A DNA stretch of 64,000 nucleotides from Candidatus Latescibacterota bacterium (GTDB lineage Bacteria > Latescibacterota > UBA2968 > UBA8231). Positions 47,900-57,213 of the stretch are shown piece by piece. The stretch is from contig OY730476.1 in the NCBI GenBank assembly GCA_963422735.1, positions 1,056,001-1,120,000 of the forward strand. The letters are read 5' to 3'. Position numbers and translations under genes: made by a program. The notes under the pieces were generated by a model. It was not told the origin of the DNA. It saw only the letters and a program-made list of their open reading frames with translations, and did not search any database. The stretch's first letter is position 1; every line of letters starts with the position of its first letter.

Positions 47900-48684
47900 C
47901 CCCAGCGATACTCAGGCGGGTCGAAGACAAACCCGTGGAAAAAGCGCCGCTGCGCGGGCGAAAGTCCCTGCAAAAAGGCCTGGTCGTAGCGCCACTGCTC
48001 GGCGCACGCCAGCATCCACGGATGTTCGTACCCATAGTACAGCATCACCCGCTTGCCCCCGCGACGCACAAACGGGCCGGCCGTATGCCACACCGCGTTG
48101 TGGAAGAGCACCGCCGTCCCCGGGCCGCCACATATTTGCACGGCCCCGGGCATATTATTCCCCGTGTCCGGCTCTAGCAGCGCCTTGTGGCTGCCGGGCA
48201 CCAAGGTCAGGTTGCCTTGGTCGGGTGCGCCCATGTCGCTCAAGTAATAGCCCACCTTGAACTGCAACAGCGGGATGTGCGGCTTGAGGTTGCGGAAGCC
48301 ATCCTGAATGCCGTCGATATGCCAGCCCTGTCCGTGGTAGTCGGCAGGTTCGACCTCATAGAAGGCGTCTGTCGAGTGCAGGTGCGGCATCTCGTTAAAG
48401 AGACCGTGGACATAGGCCATCATCGGCTCGTAGTCGAGCATTTCCAAAAAGAGTGGGTCTTCGGCCAGCAGGTGCATGATCCGCACGTTGGCTGCGTCGA
48501 GGCGGTCGGCAAAGGCCGGCTCGTGCGCACACTTAAGCTGGGAGTCGCGGCGACGCTCTATGGTGCGCTCCAGCACCGCGTAGAGTGCCGCGACGCGATC
48601 TGGCGCGAGAAAATCTTCCAACACCAAATAGCCGTTGTTGTCAAAGAAGAAACGCTCGGCGTCTGTGGGATGGCTTTTGGCCAT
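47896..48684 (-). CDS. PhyH-family dioxygenase
   Basis: FFDNNGYLVLE, WHID, LVPGSH, GTAVLFHNAVWHT. Confidence 0.9.
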   Translation of the reverse strand: MAKSHPTDAERFFFDNNGYLVLEDFLAPDRVAALYAVLERTIERRRDSQLKCAHEPAFADRLDAANVRIMHLLAEDPLFLEMLDYEPMMAYVHGLFNEMPHLHSTDAFYEVEPADYHGQGWHIDGIQDGFRNLKPHIPLLQFKVGYYLSDMGAPDQGNLTLVPGSHKALLEPDTGNNMPGAVQICGGPGTAVLFHNAVWHTAGPFVRRGGKRVMLYYGYEHPWMLACAEQWRYDQAFLQGLSPAQRRFFHGFVFDPPEYRWG

Positions 48685-48689
48685 TTCCT

Positions 48690-48965
48690 TCCTCCTCGCC
48701 CGTCTTTTCTATCACTAGCTTGGTAATCTCGGTGACCTTGACTCGGCCTTTGTTTATCAGCACTCCACTTTCGTTCAGGTCAAAGCGCATAGCGAGAATG
48801 TTGGAGGCTCGCAGTTCGTCCAAATGCTGCTGGCTCAATCCCTCGTTGGGCGCAATCAGCAGGATGTTGTCCAGCGGCTTTTTGTTGTAATGCAGGTATT
48901 GCCGGTAGTTCAGGTGCATGATCAACGTCTTGCCGCTGCCGGTGGCCATCCAGAACGCCAACTGC
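48690..48965 (-). pseudogene. Type III restriction (Res) helicase fragment
   Basis: AFWMATGSGKTLIMH (Walker A), ILLIAPNEGLSQQH, VTEITKL. Confidence 0.75.
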
Positions 48966-49694
48966 GTCCTTTTGCCCGGAGCGGAGCGGCATCGCTAGGC
49001 TCCTTTCCACGATAGCTTCCAACTGACTGATGAGCAGCGGCAGGTGACCCCGCACAATATCGCAGAGCTTGTCGAGATCAACTTCGTCATAGCCGTGGGC
49101 TAGCACGTTGCGCGTACCAATAATTTCACCCCACGGCACTGCTGGGTGGCGTTGCCGCGTCGCTGGCGAAACTCGGTTGGCCGCTTCGCCGATAACTTCC
49201 ACTGCTCGCGCAAGGGCCAACTCCTTTATCTCGTCTAAATCCTCTCGGCTTATTCCGCCAAACAAATCAACCGCTTTTCTCGCGTGGATGAGCATATCCA
49301 GCAAGGGTACGCGGTCATCGCGCCGCTTCCCCCCTGTCTTGAGGGGCTTATCGCGGCCCTCTTGCGGCCAGCTTTCGTACCCCGGCCCGCGCTCGTACAG
49401 CGCTTCCACCGAGCCGAGTATTTCCTCCCGCAGCAGCCAATTTTGCTTGTTTTCAATGGACTCAAAGGTATGCATATCGGCCTTACGGCCCAAAATTTGG
49501 CCCAGATCCGCGGACACCTCAAAAAACTCCCAGCCCAAACGCACATCCGGCTCAAACTCTACTAGCACATCTACGTCGCTTTCCGGCCCGAAGTCGTCGC
49601 GCAGCACCGAGCCGAACAGGGCCATGCGCCGAATGCGGTTGCGGCGACAGAACGCGGCGATAGCGTCTTTGGGAATTTCGATTTGCATGCTCAT
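48780..49694 (-). CDS. Fused minimal nucleotidyltransferase (MNT) - HepT/DUF86 HEPN protein; the C-terminal ~70 aa are probably read-through
   Basis: LFGSVLRDDFGPESDVDVLVEF followed in frame by VEVIGEAA...PW.EIIGTRNVLAHGY. Confidence 0.8.
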   Translation of the reverse strand: MSMQIEIPKDAIAAFCRRNRIRRMALFGSVLRDDFGPESDVDVLVEFEPDVRLGWEFFEVSADLGQILGRKADMHTFESIENKQNWLLREEILGSVEALYERGPGYESWPQEGRDKPLKTGGKRRDDRVPLLDMLIHARKAVDLFGGISREDLDEIKELALARAVEVIGEAANRVSPATRQRHPAVPWGEIIGTRNVLAHGYDEVDLDKLCDIVRGHLPLLISQLEAIVERSLAMPLRSGQKDAVGVLDGHRQRQDVDHAPELPAIPALQQKAAGQHPADCAQRGIEPAAFGRTASLQHSRYAL

Positions 49695-49764
49695 TGCTCC
49701 ACTCCGGCGAACATCCGCAATGGCACCCTCGCCAAACAATTTTTTGACTTTCTGTGTTACCTTT

Positions 49765-49911
49765 TCAAATGGGTAACTTTTCGGCGACGAACTTCTCAAT
49801 GGTCTCCCGCTTATAGTTCATAATGCGGTAGATGCCAAAATCGAGGTCGGCGCAGTCGAACTGGAACAACTCGCGCAACAAATGCTGAAATTTCCCAATC
49901 GCGTCGGCCAC
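49765..49911 (-). pseudogene. Type III modification (Mod) N-terminal fragment
   Basis: KFQHLLRELFQFDCADLDFGIYRIMNYKR resembles the start of long type III Mod proteins. Confidence 0.65.
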
Positions 49912-50021
49912 AAGGCCCTTCCTTTCTGTAATTTTGCCAGCCCGTCCCCGTGCGATTGCTGGCGGTTCCACGTCTCCCTTTCGCTATACACAGCGCACGT
50001 GTACGCGCAAGCCGCCTTTTC

Positions 50022-50959
50022 CTAGGGGGTCCATCCCTCCATCATCTCGGCGTACTGGTGCGCCTGATCGGCAATGTCTATGCCAACTTCCTCAGACCAC
50101 GCCGCTAGCAATCGGCGGTACACTGGCCCCACTCGGCCGTCGCCTACCGCCTGAAAGTTAAAGCGCGTGATGGGCACCATGCAGACCGTGGTGCTGGTAA
50201 ACCACGCTTCGTCGGCTAGGCGCACGTCGTAGGGTTCAATGTCGGCTTCGCACAGAGGAAGGCCGAGTTTACCGGCCAGCTCCATACATGCACCGCGCGA
50301 TACGCCGCGCAGGATATTATGCCCTTTGGGCGTTAGTACTTGGCCGTCGCAGACCATAAAGAAGTTGTTGCCGGTTCCCTCGGTGATAAAGCCGTGCTCG
50401 TCGGTCAGCAGCGCCTGAGCACCAGCCTCCATTTGCGCTGCCTGCAACTCGGCGATCTTGTAAAAGATGCGGCTGCGATTTTTGGCTTTGGGGTCGATGT
50501 AGCGCGAGGGCACCGACTGCTGAGGCTGGACGACGAAGTGCGCCCCTCTCGATAGAGGTGCGCCATCCCGCCGATGTGCCGCACCAGCGGGAAGACGTTG
50601 ATGGAGACAATAGGAGCCGTGCCCTCCTTGACGATGGTATCGTACAGCGGTAGAGCACCGCGAGTGACGTCGTGCATGATCTGGAAGTCCAGCGCGCCGA
50701 TCGCGGGCAGGTTGCGGGCAATAGTCTCGTGGGTCGCCTCCTCCATCGCGTCAATGTCCAGCCCGCAGTCTATCTGCGCGTATTTGAGCGAGCCGTAGAG
50801 CCGCTCCAGATGCTCGCGCAGCCGATAGGGCTTTTGCCCAAAGCTCCGCGTCATTTCGAAAATCATATCCCCGTACATCAGGGCGCAGTCAAAAATCGAG
50901 ATCCGCGCCTCTGGCTCGGGGACGAACTCGCCATTAAAACAAACCAATCTTTTGGCCAT
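50022..50959 (-). pseudogene. Class IV (branched-chain) aminotransferase, frameshifted
   Basis: FNGEFVPE.EARISIFD, YGD.IFE..R in one frame; KNRSR, ITEGTGNNFF, ILRGVSR, ADEAWFTST in another; break near 50520-50550. Confidence 0.8.
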
Positions 50960-50994
50960 AGCTGCCTCCCTATGATATGATCGCGACGCGACCG

Positions 50995-52938
50995 CTACCC
51001 CATGATGATATTGCCTAGGCGACTGCCCTGCATCCCGGTGCAATAATCGACGACCACCCAGAAGCCGGCGACGACCGCCTCGCCGAGGATCAAGCCCAAA
51101 AACAACGGCTTCAATCGCTCGAAAAGCCCCAAACCCCCGTATTTGAGTACTGTGCCTTTAATAGCCCAAGCAACGAATACCGAAAACCACATTGAGCCAA
51201 AGACGCAACTGATCGGAAAACCCAGCGGGTGAAAAGGCCACCACACGAAGCGATATTGCAACCACATCAACACGCCCATAATTCCCGCCCCGAACCAAGT
51301 ATGCGACCACATACCTGGACTCGGCCCCTCGGGGGTCTGCACGTTCTTACTCATAAAATTGTACGGATACTGGGCGACATTATTAAAATAAAAACTCGAC
51401 AGATTGATCGCCCCGTGTTTGTAGGCCAAATAGAGCGTCAGCCCGATGACCGAACTCAGCGTCAGCACGATCGCCGCCAAAATACCCCAAAGCATCCGCC
51501 GCCGGCCGGCCAGGTCTATCTCGGTAAACAGCTTCAGGCCATTGGCACAGGCCGCCATCAGCACGATCAACTGATCCACTCCCCAGGCATAGCTCAGCGC
51601 CAGCCCCGCTGTGCCCTTGAAACCCAATAGCGAGGCCCCGACCCCCGAGATGGCGAAATCCGGGCCGTTGCTCGGCGGAAACATCGAAGCCACCCCCCCT
51701 TGGGCGACCACCCGCGCGATGGTCATAAAACCGACAAACGAGCCGACTAACAACATCACCGCCACCGGCAAGGGCATTCCCGTGCGCCAAAGCCAGACGG
51801 TCATCGCCATAAAGCTAATTATCGCGCCACCGACCGCCGCTCGATAGGACATGATCTCGTCGCTGTCTTCGACATCCGCATCGCCGCGTAGCGCTCGGCG
51901 CAACACCGCTCGCAAATGCTCCCGACCCACCCATAATGTCCCCAGCACCAGCACGATCATACCCCCCATTGCCTGGTAGATAATGATTGAATCCGTATAC
52001 TGGCTGTAGGGGCCCATGCTGGCGTCCTTGCCGCCCCAAGCGAACTGGGCCAGCAACCCGCTCTGCAAGCGATTAAACAAAAAGAAGACCACCAAACCCG
52101 AGGCGACATTCTGTGGCACGAAATACGAGAAACCGACCATCGAGGGGTTGAGCCCCAACCCGAGCGCGGGTATGCCGCGCACGATCTCCACCGAGCCCAG
52201 CGACAAGCTCACCTGGGGAATGACCACATAATAGTTGTGCAGGGCATTGATCGAGCCGAGCACAAAGGGCATGGCAAAACCAATCCACACCAGGCCCCGC
52301 CGCAACAGAGGCTTCTGCCTCTCGCCACCCAATAGCGCCAGCGGCAACTGCACCATCGGATAACTCAGCCGCTCGTGCTCGACCCACTGGCGCCTGACGA
52401 TGACCATCAGGCAGACCATCGCCAAAAAGAGCGCCAACCCGAAAATGGCCCACCAGCATAATGGCGCCACCCATACATCCCAGGGAATCGCCCCGTCGGG
52501 TGCGCCCTCGTAAAACCGGCGAATAGCCTCATCCCCCTGCGGCAGCGGCCAATCCGGCAGAAAGGGCTGGACTAGCTCTCTCCAATTATTTTCGGGGGTC
52601 GCGTAATAATAGGCTCCGGTCATCACCGGCAACAGTTGCACCGGCAAACCGCGCCCGGAAAGCGTATTGGCCAACAACAACAGGAAAAACACCACCGCCA
52701 ACTCTCCCCGCACCAGCGCCAGACGGGGATAGACCCAACGCACCAGCCCATTGCCGACAACGACTAAGAAAAATAAAAAGATCGCCCCCGGCGTCAGGTT
52801 CCAAATCGCCAAGCCGGAGCCTTTGATGATCATATCGTTGTAGGTCGACCCCAACCCGAGGCAGACTGCCCCGATCAGCCCGACGCAAAGCGCCTTGGCC
52901 GTACAGCCCTTTACCGAGTCTACAGAGATAGCACCCAT
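50995..52938 (-). CDS. DUF6785/DUF6784-type polytopic membrane protein (putative transporter)
   Basis: RRQWVEHERLSYPMVQLP, WWPFHPLGFP, AWAIKGTVLKYGG, LFLGLILGE; many TM segments. Confidence 0.8.
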   Translation of the reverse strand: MGAISVDSVKGCTAKALCVGLIGAVCLGLGSTYNDMIIKGSGLAIWNLTPGAIFLFFLVVVGNGLVRWVYPRLALVRGELAVVFFLLLLANTLSGRGLPVQLLPVMTGAYYYATPENNWRELVQPFLPDWPLPQGDEAIRRFYEGAPDGAIPWDVWVAPLCWWAIFGLALFLAMVCLMVIVRRQWVEHERLSYPMVQLPLALLGGERQKPLLRRGLVWIGFAMPFVLGSINALHNYYVVIPQVSLSLGSVEIVRGIPALGLGLNPSMVGFSYFVPQNVASGLVVFFLFNRLQSGLLAQFAWGGKDASMGPYSQYTDSIIIYQAMGGMIVLVLGTLWVGREHLRAVLRRALRGDADVEDSDEIMSYRAAVGGAIISFMAMTVWLWRTGMPLPVAVMLLVGSFVGFMTIARVVAQGGVASMFPPSNGPDFAISGVGASLLGFKGTAGLALSYAWGVDQLIVLMAACANGLKLFTEIDLAGRRRMLWGILAAIVLTLSSVIGLTLYLAYKHGAINLSSFYFNNVAQYPYNFMSKNVQTPEGPSPGMWSHTWFGAGIMGVLMWLQYRFVWWPFHPLGFPISCVFGSMWFSVFVAWAIKGTVLKYGGLGLFERLKPLFLGLILGEAVVAGFWVVVDYCTGMQGSRLGNIIMG

Positions 52939-53047
52939 TGCACGAAACCTACGCTTCCCGTCCCGATAAAAAGGCTGCGATGTATCGGGAGCCTCCTGTA
53001 TAATATGAGCGGTCGGTCCGCTACTACCCCCCAGCCGTAAAGAAAAA

Positions 53048-53085
53048 CCAGATAGTCCTTGCCCGAAAGGTCAAAGGCTATCTGG
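53048..53085 (-). terminator. Intrinsic terminator-like hairpin
   Basis: ccagatag...gaaa...ctatctgg with an A-run at 53043-53047 (U-tract on the minus strand). Confidence 0.6.
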
Positions 53086-53096
53086 CCTAAAACGAT

Positions 53097-53128
53097 CTGG
53101 TATAACTTGAAACTGGTATAACTTGAAA
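53097..53128. repeat. Perfect 16-bp tandem duplication
   Basis: ctggtataacttgaaa x2. Confidence 0.9.
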
Positions 53129-53892
53129 TTCGAATATTAAATAGCCGCGCCTAAGACAATCGCGCGTTTTTCGCTGGAGCCGACCCCAATACCCGGTTAC
53201 CGTCCCTTGCTCCACGCTTGCATGATCCGCGGCGCCCCGTACCACGCATGGCAGCCGAAACCCTTGGGCAGATCGACCGGATCGGGTATCAGCCTTCTTC
53301 GCGGCAGGCGACGATCAGTTGCCTACACGCCACCATGAAGCCCAAAAAGCCCAGATAGTAAGGATGTCCCAGCAAGTGTGAAGACTCCAACTCGTCCACC
53401 TTCTCGGCAAAAGCCGTTATCGCACCGTCGAGCGCACTGCAGGCGAGTTCGGCGCAGATCAATCGCTCCTCGTCTTCTCCAGCCACAACCGGCATACCAA
53501 CTGCCAGCGCCCGTCTTCTAAGCGGTATTCCGCCAATCTCGATCTCGCCCCCTCGTCCGCGTCGCCGAGCAAATCCTCCTCGCTTATAGGTCCCTCGCAC
53601 AAGCCGCCGAGCGCAGAGTCTTCATATAACGTCCACTATATTGCCCATGCCCTTGTCGTCCCCCTCCGTCGTCGAAAGAAGGCTCCTTTTCGATATCGCA
53701 ATCGCCCAGCAGATACCAAAAGTCCACCGGCCTGAGTGGATGGGTCAGAATGCGATGTTTACCCCAACTAGGCAGCGATGACACTTGCCGTCCCTATTAA
53801 CGCCCAACGCCGGCCGCCGCGCACTTCACCGCGCCGGTCCTGCCTAAAGGCAGGGTGAAGCCATTTCGCCGCAGTAGGAGCAGCTAATTTTC

Positions 53893-54906
53893 TCACGGTG
53901 TCGGCGCGGCCTCCGGCAGCAGCCCCTCAGCCTTTAGCTCGGCCCACAGGGCCGGTGGAATCTCCGCCTGCATCACGCGCGCGTTGTCCTCCAGCTCGGC
54001 CACGGATGCCGCGCCGGGCACCGCCGAAATCACCGCCTCGTGCCCAAAGGGAAATTGCAATGCCGCGGCCCGCAGTTCAACGCCGTGCCGGTCGCAGACC
54101 GCCTTGAGCGCCTTGGCCTGCTGCACCAGATGCGCGGGCGCGGGCTGGTAATCAAAAGAAACCGGCTGGCTCAGATCGCGGGCGAGGATGCCGCTGTTGT
54201 ACGGCCCGCCCATGGTCAGCTTCACCCCGTGCTCTACGCACAGCGGCAAAAACTCGGGCAGCGCCGACTGCTCCAGCAGCGTGTAGCGCCCGGCCAACAG
54301 GATGTAATCCAGATCAAAGCGCTCAACCATCCGCCCGGTGCGCTCCCATTCGTTCATGCCCATGCCGATGGCCTTGACCGTGCCCGTCGCCCGCAATTTG
54401 ACCGCGGCCTCCAGCGCCTCGATGAAGTCCTCGTCGGTGTGCTGCCCCTTGAAGTCGCTGTCGTGGACAAAGAAAATATCCACTGCGGCCAATCCCAGCC
54501 GTTCCAAGCTCGAATCGAGCGAGGCCCGCAGGCCCTCGGCGCTGAAATCGAAATCATAGGTGTAGTGTGGGATTCCGTCCTCGCTATAAGGCACCAAGTC
54601 GTCCGGGGCTACGGGCCGCAATACTCGCGCCCCCTTGGTCGAGATGGCAAACGACGCGCGCGGGAATCCACCTAACACCCGCCCATAGCGCACCTCGCTG
54701 CGCCCGTCGCCGTACATCGGCGCGGTATCAAAATAACGCACGCCCATCTCGTATGCACGGCGGATGATGGCCAATGCCTCCTCGTAGCCGCTGCCCTCAA
54801 AAATCCCGTCGGCCAAGACCATCCCGCCCAACGGCGCACCGCCCAAGCCCAGCCGCGTCACCTCCACGCCCGTATCGCCAATCGCTACTTTTTCAAAAGG
54901 GTTCAT
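53893..54906 (-). CDS. Aldo/keto reductase (D-threo-aldose/L-fucose dehydrogenase-like)
   Basis: YFDTAPMYGDGRSE, STK, VHD, LAGRYTLLEQ, GGPYNSGIL; start MNPFEKV at 54906. Confidence 0.92.
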   Translation of the reverse strand: MNPFEKVAIGDTGVEVTRLGLGGAPLGGMVLADGIFEGSGYEEALAIIRRAYEMGVRYFDTAPMYGDGRSEVRYGRVLGGFPRASFAISTKGARVLRPVAPDDLVPYSEDGIPHYTYDFDFSAEGLRASLDSSLERLGLAAVDIFFVHDSDFKGQHTDEDFIEALEAAVKLRATGTVKAIGMGMNEWERTGRMVERFDLDYILLAGRYTLLEQSALPEFLPLCVEHGVKLTMGGPYNSGILARDLSQPVSFDYQPAPAHLVQQAKALKAVCDRHGVELRAAALQFPFGHEAVISAVPGAASVAELEDNARVMQAEIPPALWAELKAEGLLPEAAPTP

Positions 54907-54908
54907 AC

Positions 54909-55805
54909 TCACTCCAGTCCGTAGAGCCGCTCGGCATTGCCGGCGAGCAATTTGGCCTGCTCTTCCTCCGGCCGCCCGGAGACGATCTCTCGCAGCGCAG
55001 CCACCCACGCACCCAAGCTCGCCCCCATATTGCACACTGGCCAGTCGCCGCCAAACACCACCCGGTCCGGCCCAAAGCTGTCCAAGCAGTGGTTGATCGT
55101 CGGTGCCAGCGCGTCGGTGCTCCACCCTGCGCGTGCCCGGGCGACGATCCCAGATATTTTGCACACCATGTGCTCCCGTGTACCCAGTGTGGCCATATCG
55201 CGCTGCCACTGCTCTTTGGTGTGGCTAAAAGGGTTGGCCGGATCGTGCCCTGCCACGCCGTTGACGACCTGCGGGTCGGCGTTGCCGCAGTGATCGACGA
55301 TAAAGCGCGTACCCGGACACTGATCCACCAAGCCGACCGCGTCCCCCAACTCGCTCGGCCGCAGGCACAGATCGAAGCTCACGCCGACCTCGCCCAAGTA
55401 TTGCACGTCCCGGACGAAACCTTCCTGCAAGCACCGCCCCGGCTCGGCGTCGGGCACGTGCAATACCAGCCGCATGCCCTTGATGAAATCATTGTCCTTA
55501 AAGCGGTCGATATAAGCGCGGAAACCCTCCTCCCCCGGGCGGCCCCCGATCACCGCTCCGGCCATTGGATTGTCGTCAGCCTTGCACAGGCCGGCCACAA
55601 ATTCCGCTTCCGCAATGCGCTGCGCGGCGGTGACATCGACTTCCATATAGACGGTGCGGGCAATGCCAGTCCCTTCGGCCGCCGCCAAGTAATCGCTCAT
55701 CAAGTGATTTTTCCGCAGCGGCTCCATTCCCGCGCCCTCCAACCACGGCAGCGCGAACTGCGCCAAATTCCATAGGTGTTGATGCGTATCGACGATGGGT
55801 AGCAT
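54909..55805 (-). CDS. Amidohydrolase-2 family (L-fuconolactonase-like)
   Basis: VDTHQHLW, IVDHCG, CKISG, FGPDRVVFGGDWPV. Confidence 0.92.
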   Translation of the reverse strand: MLPIVDTHQHLWNLAQFALPWLEGAGMEPLRKNHLMSDYLAAAEGTGIARTVYMEVDVTAAQRIAEAEFVAGLCKADDNPMAGAVIGGRPGEEGFRAYIDRFKDNDFIKGMRLVLHVPDAEPGRCLQEGFVRDVQYLGEVGVSFDLCLRPSELGDAVGLVDQCPGTRFIVDHCGNADPQVVNGVAGHDPANPFSHTKEQWQRDMATLGTREHMVCKISGIVARARAGWSTDALAPTINHCLDSFGPDRVVFGGDWPVCNMGASLGAWVAALREIVSGRPEEEQAKLLAGNAERLYGLE

Positions 55806-55844
55806 AACTTTTCCTTTTATATAAAGTGACCAAGGATTTATCTT

Positions 55845-57040
55845 TCACTCTTCACACTTCAACGGCGCGAAGACCGCTTCCATCCATTCCGGCAACGTTC
55901 CGTTCTCCTCCAACGACCGGACAGCTGCGGCGACTTCCTCCTTGGATATGGTATCGAAGAAAGCCGCCGTAGGCACCAAGGCGTCATTCAAATCATTGGG
56001 TTCAAACTTGTCCAGTGCCCGACCGTATTGGCGCATAGAGCGGGCAACGATCTGCCGCCCCGTTTGCGACGACAAATAGAGAAACAAGTGCTCTACGTAT
56101 GCGGCACCCAACAGGTTGGGTTGGAATCCATGGTAGCAAGTCAAGTTCAACGCCTTGGTCTTGTTTAATGCGACCTTGTAGCCATTGCGCGAGAACACGC
56201 CGAACAAAAGAGGCACCGGGCTTCGCTTCTCTGTTTTGTACCATGGCGTTCTGTTTTTCGTCAAAAACCGTTCGTGATAGCCTTCGCTCTCCCCAAACCG
56301 GATGTAATATTCGGCCGCTTTGGACGGGCACCTGTAGCAATGCCTCGGCTAAACTTTCCCAAGTGTGCCAGCGCGGTCATCTTTTGGCGATCGACGCTGA
56401 ACGCTGTCCCCTTAAAGTGTGGCAGCCACTTGGCCTGCGGATTCAATGCCGATCGAGGAACTTCAGCAACGGGTTGCAGACTCTCAAATGCGGCGAGTTC
56501 GTCCATAGATTGCAGGCGGAAAAACTGGACGGCGATATGATAAGCCGCTTTGTCGTATAAAATGATGCCCACAGACGTAGTCGCATCCGGGAAAATGTCT
56601 TTCTCGCAAGCAAAGCTGATAATGCTGCACAAGTGGCCGGACTCAACGAGTTTTTGCTTTACCAACGTGCCGTATCCCGCATTCAAGAACTCGAGCGGCA
56701 TGATATACGCCAAGCGACCACGTGCAGAAAGTTCGGAAAGTGACTTGAGTAGAAAGGCCGAAGCAGTGTTCACATATCCAGATAGCTTTATGCCGAGATT
56801 TTTCTTAAACTCTCGGATGACTACATCCCTATTGAGAAACTTCTGAAAGCGCATGTACGGTGGGTTACAAACGATACTAGCGTATTGGCCACCCCAAAAA
56901 CGCAAATAGTCTCCAATGGCAATAAAATCTGCGCGTTCCCCTGTATTCCGTTCCCAGAACTCGACGATGGTAGCATCCACTTCACACCCTGTAAACTGAA
57001 CGCCAGTGGGGTCCTCAATCGCCGTGCGAAACGCACCCAA
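55845..57040 (-). pseudogene. Eco57I-like N6-adenine methyltransferase, truncated and frameshifted
   Basis: IVCNPPY, LAYIMPLEFLNAGYG, RGIATGA; the C-terminal part (RTPWY..E, RQYG..L.KFEPNDL) is in another frame; SAM-binding motif I is incomplete. Confidence 0.8.
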
Positions 57041-57213
57041 TCCACATTGGTCAGAAAATCCGAACTCGCCAGGGTCGGCGGTCTTCCGCTTAATTGGATA
57101 TCCGTATCAATTTCAATCGAAAAATGGCTTATAAGGGAAGCGATTGTGTCCCTATATGTCGTCACAACTAAATACCTCCTCGCCTCAAAGAGTGCGCTCA
57201 AGCAAATTGCCTC

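Noticed and set aside
53893-55209. Extended N-termini in the ORF track (AKR, hrcA, SIMPL, LarA-like, YdjM, DSD1)
   Set aside because: They overlap neighbouring genes or repeats; downstream starts fit RBSs and family boundaries better.
56821-57201. Remnant of a restriction endonuclease upstream of the Eco57I-like MTase
   Set aside because: Plausible from position and AT content, but no recognisable motif supports a call.
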